Source: Glycera tridactyla (Eukaryota). Taken from it: a DNA stretch of 64,000 nt. The stretch lies in NCBI GenBank assembly GCA_965644265.1, contig OZ286459.1:62868001-62932000 (forward strand). Direction: 5' to 3'. Below the pieces are notes generated by a model. The model did no database searches. It had not been told where the DNA came from and was given only the letters and a program-made list of their open reading frames with translations. Shown here piece by piece: positions 32,580 through 64,000 of this stretch (position 1 is its first letter; each line of letters begins with the position of its first letter). The translations under genes and the position numbers were made by a program.

Positions 32580-33500
32580 TTTTGAAATATTCCCCAGTAT
32601 TGGGAAAACAGTCAATGTCCTACCTTTGTCCAAATCCAACAAGCCTAACTCACCTACTATAACTATAGTCCATACTCCCCGCGGTCAGCAAAATCCTGGG
32701 AACGATTGTGCACTCCCAGACATACGACCATTTGACTCGAAATAATCCATTGTCGAATGCCCAGGCGTGGTTCAGGAAGGGACACTCCTAAGGTACCTGT
32801 CTAACTGCCTTCCAAGACGAAATTTATAACGCAATCGAAAGAGGCGGAATCTGTCCGGGTTTTTTTCCTGGACCTCTCCGAAGCATTCGACACTGCTGAT
32901 CATTATATTTTGGATCAGAGACTGAGGGGTCCTGTATGTGAGGCGAGTACCCTACTGTGGTTTAAGCCTTACCTTAAAAGTCGTTCTCACAAACCTGTTG
33001 TAAACATGTCTGCATCTAGCATTTGAAATATAAATTATGGAGTGCCACAGGGTCCAATTTCATGCCCACTACTTTTTACAATGTATGTTAACGATCTTCT
33101 CAATCACGTACTTACCTGTAAGCTCTTCTGGTATGTGGATGGCACTGATATCCTCTACTCCGATAGAGATCCAAAATTAGTTTCTGACACTCTCACAAAT
33201 GATCTCGAGAACTCACGAGCATTGTTTGATGCAAATAAATTGACCATGAATATTTCTAAATGTGAGCTGATGTTTTTTGGCATGAGGGCAAAGCTCATGA
33301 CATTGAATCGAAAATAAAAAACCATTCCTTCAAATATCATGGCTTAGCTTTTGATCCTACCTTAGATTTTGAAGAATACACATCCAAAATAGTGTTTAAT
33401 GTATCCTATAAAACTGGTGTCCGTTGGCGTTTCTGGCCATTCATAAACAAGGCAGTCTCTCTAAAATCATTCATAGCCCTCATCGCCCCACTGTTTATTT
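32580..33500 (+). mobile_element. Second degenerate CR1/L2-type LINE RT fragment
   Basis: FLDLSEAFDTADH, GVPQGPISCPLLFTMYVNDL, YVDGT (decayed YADDT), NKLTMNISKCELM. Confidence 0.8.
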
Positions 33501-33594
33501 ATGTTGATTACATATATGACACAACCTAGAAAAGCAATAAAACAAGTACAAATAACCCAAAAACAAGAGCGCCCACATGCACCGTGAGATCTCC

Positions 33595-33626
33595 GAGAGA
33601 GAGACAGAGAGAGAGAGAGAGAAAGA

Positions 33627-33678
<52 letters not shown>

Positions 33679-33680
33679 GA
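33595..33680. repeat. (GA)n(CA)n microsatellite
   Basis: Direct reading. Confidence 0.9.
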
Positions 33681-34313
33681 CAGAGGGAGAACGCCATAGC
33701 TTGTAGTGATTTACGGAATTCAGAGACGAGTGAAGCGTGCGCAGCACATCATCATCTGAGCTGTCGGGATCAGTGTGCTGCAGTAATCGGCAACAAAAAC
33801 GAATGTATGGAGAAATGCCCATTACGTAATCGCTACATTTCCTCAAATTGTTGTTGATCAGATCAATACATCATCTTGAAATTGTGTTAGATTAGATCAT
33901 TCAATCCTTTTACACAGATCCGATCAAGATTTGTTTGATTATATTGGCCTCGAGAGTCAGAATCGATGAAGTTAGAAAGCATTTTGAGCAGAGAGGTGGT
34001 AGCATAGTGATCTCCAACGGAGATCACAATTAGCGTTGAAATGTGTCTTGAACGTTGACCGTCAGACTTCAAGTTCCTACACCCTTAGAAGTACTAGCAT
34101 ATTCTACCTGTAGGGTCAAAGAAATATTTGATCTGTCATTGAAGCTCATTGGATTGCGACTTGATAAGTGCCACCACCTATCTTAGATCGGATCTGAGAG
34201 TAAAATAAAGGTATACATCAAATAGAAGCTGAGGTTACTAGGGAGATCTCTCAAATTAGAGCATACACACACTCACTCTCTGTCACACACACTCAGACGC
34301 ATGCACGCATGCA

Positions 34314-34358
<45 letters not shown>

Positions 34359-34606
34359 CCTCTATCGGCCATCAGATTAAACCAAGGGTAGCATTGGAGT
34401 GCCCATGCCAAATTGCGTTCTGACACAAGGGGCAAGGCAGCCAGTTACCATGCCAGTTGACACATTCAACATTGGTACATCGAAACATCTTATCCATTGT
34501 ATCATGTCATTTCTCTAACTTAATGTGTATATACAATGTGAGATATAGCATGATACCAATATTTTCTTAACACACATACAAGTTCCCGATATATCAAAGT
34601 CAATTA

Positions 34607-34636
34607 TAGTGGTGGTAGTGTTTGTAGTAGTAGTAA

Positions 34637-34680
<44 letters not shown>

Positions 34681-34710
34681 TAGTAGTGGTAGTAGCAGCA
34701 GCAGCAGCAT
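34607..34710. repeat. (TAG)n microsatellite
   Basis: Direct reading. Confidence 0.9.
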
Positions 34711-37299
34711 ATCAATACAATAGTTCAACAATATGGAGGTATAACTGTGATTTATTTCTGTGACATAACATTAACAAACATGTTCTCTAGACAATACATA
34801 CAAATAACAAATGCCTCATTCACACGCATCGTCACATTTTTAAATTCCTTGCCATTGCAGATGTTCATCCTGTGATGTAGTGGTCATCGTGACCCAGGAA
34901 CATGGTGTATTCTGTGTCGAGTAATTCCAGATGACCGATACACCCAGGGGATACCTTGGGAAAACAGAATCCAACGACGGAGGCCAAAATAAGAAATGGC
35001 CACCAAAAAGTCTAACCTAGCGGGACCTGGTCTCTGAGATTCAACAGATCTGTCTGCATTTCATCTAACCTTTCAGCTATACTTGTCTGTATAGTTAGCC
35101 TCTAAAATTCATTGCCATGGAGAATATACTGGACACACGAGTGTAGTTCTCCACGGTACCGTACATCTAGACAAGCAATGTGTCGCTATTTGAGGATAAC
35201 TGCATTGAATTTCAGAAGTTCCCACTGAGGTGTTTGATTATATTGACACCAGGTGGCACTTGCAGTGAGCTGACTTCGTCTTCCCGTTCCCCATCACCAC
35301 TATAGATATCTGTGTGAATGAGGAACATTATTCAAAGTATTTCCCTGCAATCAATTGATATATCATACTTGATAAGTAATTCCGATCATGATATAGGTCT
35401 GGTGAAGTACAAATATTCCGTTGTACACCTCATATGCTTCAACTACATCAGGTGCAGAAACAACTATTTGATCCCCTGATCTACTTTGGGATCATTATCA
35501 TGGCTTATTATCTTCACCATCATGACCAAAAGGACAAAAGGAAGGACTTCACCAGAATGAAAGGCCATGCCTATCTTTATCGCACATTTTTATAGCTAGA
35601 ACATCATCAGGACAGACAACCACATGGACAAACAAATATAACAGTAACCAGACAGAATGACAGAGAGGCCATCAAACTGATGGAAAACATGAGGATGTGG
35701 ACAGGGAGAAATATAAAACTGAGGATAACATGCACGTATTTAATAGAAATTTAATCTTTCTATTGTATTGTAAAACGTGTATTGAATACTCAGCCATCGT
35801 GAACTCAATCTCTAGTCACACTGATTAACAAATTAATCCCCCATAATGCAATATTCCTACAAGAAATACTTCACAAATCATGACAATCACAACAGACAAA
35901 CCAATACATGTCTGCAGCTACCGTCTATGTACACAAGTAATTTTTTATGTGATAGTTACAGTTTATCCTTTTTGGACTCTCGAGATGTTTCTTTTGACTT
36001 TTGACAGAATTCGACAGAATCGGAACGATTGTTCCATAAGCATGACACCTCGCCTGGAAGCAATGAACGACCAGACATGTCCGATTGATGCGAAGTAAGC
36101 GTTTTCTGGAGGCAATCAAAATGGAATTGATTTTATGTTATCGGCGGTGAAATACAGCTGTTGAGATCAATATCATCATAAATTATTTGAACTGTCTAAA
36201 ACGCTTTTTTCGTCAGCCAGGAAGTATCACATGAAATGTATGTGGTTTGTCTTTATCAAGGAGCAGGAAGACTGAGCCCTAAAGTTACAAACACTTGGTG
36301 AGTAGCCGTTGAAGTACTAAGCAGTCGCCATTAACACAACTTTGTGGAGGGGAGAAAAACTGTCAAGCGGATGTAATTGTCAGTTCCGGTTTCAACTGGG
36401 TGGAAGCTGGCATTCAAGTCCAAAGACGATAACTGCACACAGAAACTATCACATGAAAAAAACCGGTAATTTTTCCAGGCCTCTAGAAAATTTGACCAAT
36501 TCATCCAATCACAAACTGTCAACTCCGAGGCAGCTTTACACTCTTTGTAGTCTCACGTTTAGGATACAATGGCCAGTATACTTTTCCCGTACCCTTAACA
36601 CGAACCCTCGCCTCCTAACTCGACTCACAATGACATAAGATGAGAAGGGCCCCCGGATATATAAACATTTTGGACACAGGAAGAGTAAGATATTTGTAGT
36701 AGGAAGGGTCCGATGATTCTGTGATAATATTAATCTTGAATGCCCGTTCCTCCACACAGCGATGGAATCATCCAACGTGCTCCCAACATCACATTGTGCA
36801 TCCATCTGACCAGTATTTCTTCACAATAGCACTTCACACGATATTCCGGAGGGCTCTGGTTACAATGTTTACCATGATTGACGCTCTATGCTCGCGGGCT
36901 CAAGAATCTGTTTTAATTTCTGGTAGTGTATCGAGACCCCCCAGCCCCCCCCCCCCCCCCCCCACGCACACACAGACACAGGTTGACAATACAAGAAAAA
37001 TACAATCACAAGGTAATCACACATGAGGCTAATCGTGACATTGTACAAGTTATTGAGTAAGATGGGAATCCATCGACACATCGTGGTCACAGACCAACCA
37101 TAAAATGCAAACTTAACATTGGAATTCCTACCCTTTGCATTTTGGAAATGGTGCAATTCAAAAGCGAAACAGCAGTCATCCCCTTGACCACTATCTTAAT
37201 CTCATACTTCCTTACTACTCTCGGGTAGAACTAGATTAATTGTAAGAAATTGATTCTATGGAACTTTTCCTGATAATCTATGTGTGCATTGGATTGACG

Positions 37300-37700
37300 G
37301 GAATATATAACAAGGTTAGCATGTGCCTATTAACAGGATTTCTAGATGTATTTGTGCGAGTTGTAAGTCAGTGAGAAGGGTCGAATTCTTGCACAATCTC
37401 ATTGTATTGTGCAAAGATTCCCCCCTCCTTGTCAGTGTTCTTTTAACATCGGATATGATCAAGATGACATGTGTAATAGGTTGCAACTTGAGTATCAAAC
37501 ATGTTACTGATAGTCAAAGCAACACACTTGGGCAAGCGAAGAAGTTGATGTACACTTTCTGTTGGTATCATCCTCAAACAAGGGGTCATTCACCGACCTT
37601 CACTAAGATCCAGCCTATGGCTATTGTTACATTGAAACATCAATGTATCTGGGTCAAGATGTTATCAAAGTTTCTTGCCCATGGATCAAGACTGAGCAAA
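37300..37700 (+). mobile_element. Possible decayed CR1 LINE 3' end
   Basis: The TRGHS motif is typical of CR1 ORF2 C-termini; there is little other support. Confidence 0.3.
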
Positions 37701-39064
37701 CTAGCATCAAGAACAAGACCATGGATCAAATAAATCATGCTAAAAAGCATCTATGGAGAAGATTAGTCAGCTATAAGTGCAAATGAATAGTTTGAAAAAA
37801 TAAATAAGATTGAAATAATTATATCAACAAATTACGGATCATGCTGTTATTGCTATACTGACAGGATTTGTGTGTTATGCTTCATATCGATGACTGTCTG
37901 CTAGAAAGGAATGTGTTGAAGTTATTAATTCATTGGAATCTGGATGAGATGTAAGATTATAGAGATGCCGGTGAGTACTGATTTTGCATCTGATCTATGT
38001 CTGGCGTGGAATCTGTGCTCGAAGTAGGCTCTCTAGACATAGAGTCCTCCAATGATGGTCAGACAATGTGCATTGTTATTCCCGCCATCCATCCACCATG
38101 ATGTCCGTTCTGATGCCAGTCCTTGGGGAGATCACTTGATGTCCTCCAATGCAATCCTATGAAGAGATGAAAACATATTGCAAGCTCAATGCCAATCTAT
38201 GTGAGTGATTTCTAAACGCATTATTTGAGCTGTGGTATGGCTAACAAGCAGGAATATTCATATATGTGTCGTCAATATCAAGCCTTAAGCCATATGCACG
38301 CGTGGGTCTATGTATGTCTGTATGTTTGTGTGTCTGCCTGTCTGTCTGACGGTTTGTTTGCATGTGTGTGTATGAATCTGTGTATGTGGTGTATAAGTAT
38401 GTGTGTATGCTTGTGTGTATGCACACGTGTGAGGGTTGCTTTGCATGCAAGCTCATAAAGTAAGAACCTAAAAAGCTGAACTCGTTATCAATGTCAATAA
38501 GTATTTTTAAGCACACCAAAGTGATTACCAATCACAGATATATCATATGAGACTTCAAATGTTTATAAAGTCTCCACTCGATCTGCGATCTGACAATACC
38601 CCAATGGTAGGATGTTACTTTTCCGTTTCAAACTTTCTGTATCACCCAAACTTGCTGAACAAGGGTGTGAACTCGATCAATCCTTTGACTCTGTAATTTG
38701 CAATCCACAAAGAGAACTACTGTGCATCATTTCGGAGTAATACAGAACGTGTGTGATGGTAATCGCAGTGGTATGTTTCATTCTTGTGTGACAGGCCTAG
38801 CTTCACAAATCTATGTTAGTACGTATGAGTTGGTAGACTGGTGTTACAAGTTTGGCTTCAAATTGAATCTAAAGCTCTTAGCGTCTCAAGGCAGTATAAG
38901 TGACAATCTGGCATTTCAACTAAAAAGAGCCTACAACCAGAACTTCACTCATGTATAGAAAACCAGAACAGTATTGCACATGTACGTATACCTGTCGACA
39001 TAACATCATTCAAGAATACAAAATTGTTGATGTTTGAGTGGGATGCTGATAAAATGGGATTTGA

Positions 39065-61867
<22,803 letters not shown>

Positions 61868-64000
61868 CTAAAGAGAAAAGACTTGGGTGTGATATAAGCC
61901 TATGGAGAATGAAAAAGCAACAATGAGACTGGTGTGATTATCATTTGACTGGTAATATGCATGCTGGAATCGTATCATACAGTTGATACCTTCAGTTCAT
62001 TCAATGAGTTGACGAGAAATTGAGCGATTGACTATTCTGAGTAAATATATTTCTCTCATCTATTGCCCCAACCGTCTCACCCTGATCCTGGAAGTTACGG
62101 AAGACAAAGGAACGAAATATAAAGGAGTTAGCGGCGTCGAAGGCCTTTCACTGGAGGAGCAGTGAACTGAGATGGATACAGAAGCGCCTCATAAGAGCCT
62201 CTGACCCAAAATACGGAGATATCTCAATGAATATCAAAGTGAGAAATCAGGACGAATACTCGACAATCATATGCCAAATTACCGCGCGATGGCACTGCCT
62301 TGCTTTACTTGAGAGTTCAGAATGTGTTGAATATTCTTATTTGTAGCAGTGGGTACCTTCCAACAAAGGGATCAAGATTAACGGTTGCTGATTACTAGAA
62401 AGAGCATGAATGAAATATATAAAGAAGTTCATGGTTTAATTTCACCAAGAAGATATACGTACCTCACTTCAAGTTGAGTGTTTGGATATATACAGCTCGA
62501 GATGTTGGATGCTATGCAGGATGATTCCGAAATTTGAAAATGCAATCTTAGGCGATGATGAGTACATATCTCGTTGATGCGCACATGACTATGTGTGTCG
62601 AGTGACCTGTCTATATGAATACATTGTCCCTGGCTCTGTCACACACAATAACCAGGTGAATTAATCAATCGGTTGGAACATTGAAAGATCGACCGTTCAA
62701 GTTGGGGATTGATATACACACATTCGACGTGATTGAGTGATTGATTGATTGATTGAATGATTTCGTGATGATCAACGTTTCTTCAACCTAAACCGCATTT
62801 TCTACAATGGTGTAAATAGCACTGTGCCACACGATCACCTGACATGCACACGGACGCCGACAGACGAAAGCCTTGTTCACACACACGAGAGATAGCCCCG
62901 ACAAGTCCCGATATTCCGTCAGTAAATATCGAAAAAAGTGCCAGGTATAGCACCAATTAAGGTCGTGTGACTGGTGGTGATGGCAGTAGTTGTTGTAGTA
63001 GTAAAAGTGGCAGCAGTAGCAGTGGTAGCAGTAGCCGTGTATAATCACAATGTTCCAATCCTCTGCGAGCTTATATCGTGATGTCTCAATAAGATGTCAT
63101 GTGAGAGGAATGAAAGTCAAGTGTCGCTTTAGGTAGAACTAGTTTGCGAGATTTTTCCGTCGGAGACGGTACTGTTTTCGGTTTGGGACTCCCCCCCCCC
63201 CCCCCCCAGTTATGACGTTTATAGACTGAATTATCTTCCATTTGCGGAGCAATTTGACAATGGTCACCTCATGTCGTAAGCAGGCAGCCATTTGTGAATG
63301 GCGTGCTATAGAGTCATCAGAATCAACCCAAAACTGCACGGAAAATAAGTGATTTGTGTTAAAGACATTGGTGATTGCACGAAATACTGCTTAATTTGGA
63401 TTTTGTAGATGCAGAACTGGGTGAGAACATTGAGAAAGAAAAATATGATGCGAAAAAGCAACACTCGTTGGTGAAAGGTAGCGCCATTTTCGGGGAAGTC
63501 CCAACCTACCTGACCTTCACCTTGGGGTTGTGTGCTCGTGACATAATAAGAGCGTGACATGTTTTTTATAGTTGAACCGAAAATTCGCCGGGTAACCAGC
63601 AGTTCACTCTTTGAACATGCCACTAGTCACTAGAATTGTAGATGCAGTATTTGAAACGCAGGTTTTATAGTTGAACTGAAAGTTTGCCGGGTAACCGGCG
63701 CTTAGAACGATGGTTCGCTCTGTGAACATGTCACCTGGTTGCTAGAACTGTGAACGCGGTATTCGAAAAACAGATTCCTGCGCAATTGAATTCAGTGAAG
63801 CCGTCACTTGTGTCGGCGAGTATTAGATGGTGACTATTTCTCTAAAATAATTTCAATGTCGCTTTTGGAATATTAAACGATCTTTTCATTGATAGTAGAT
63901 GCAAATATGAGTTAATTTGATTTGATGAATAACGAATGTTTTCACGTGGAGATGGGATTGTCGTGAAAATATTTTTCTGCGTAGGCGCGCGTTTTTTTTC

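Noticed and set aside
37950-38250. Possible RTE LINE C-terminal remnant (LASERTSW) on the minus strand
   Set aside because: A single short motif; too weak to report as a feature.
63560-63790. Two diverged ~100-bp direct repeats (TTTTATAGTTGAAC.GAAA...GCCGGGTAACC)
   Set aside because: Only two imperfect copies near the window edge; probably part of a transposon end, and nothing further can be supported.

Overview
Eukaryotic (animal) genomic scaffold segment with spliceosomal GT-AG introns, many microsatellites, transposon fossils and seven N-runs. The sequence style suggests a marine invertebrate, possibly a deuterostome such as a hemichordate; this is inference only. Four protein-coding genes lie head-to-tail on the minus strand. 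(1) An ankyrin-repeat + SOCS-box (ASB-type) gene, 5 exons, about 450 aa, 8541-13510. (2, 3) Two tandem animal alpha-amylase (GH13) paralogues, 4 exons each with identical intron positions, 16015-19512 and 24195-28971. (4) A 5'-incomplete type-I membrane protein gene, 39065 to at least 61867, with 29 EGF-like repeats on phase-1 exons, a TM helix and a 25-aa tail; 16 of its EGF exons form a homogenised ~1.0-1.15 kb two-exon tandem array. The most unusual observations are: a 57-bp frame-preserving tandem array of six identical 3' splice sites in the ASB gene; the concerted EGF array, whose repeats lack the O-fucose consensus but all carry the O-glucose consensus; a decoy half-exon inside that array; and a stop-containing dead EGF exon. 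Exon coordinates were derived by hand from splice signals and phase consistency. No database searches were possible.
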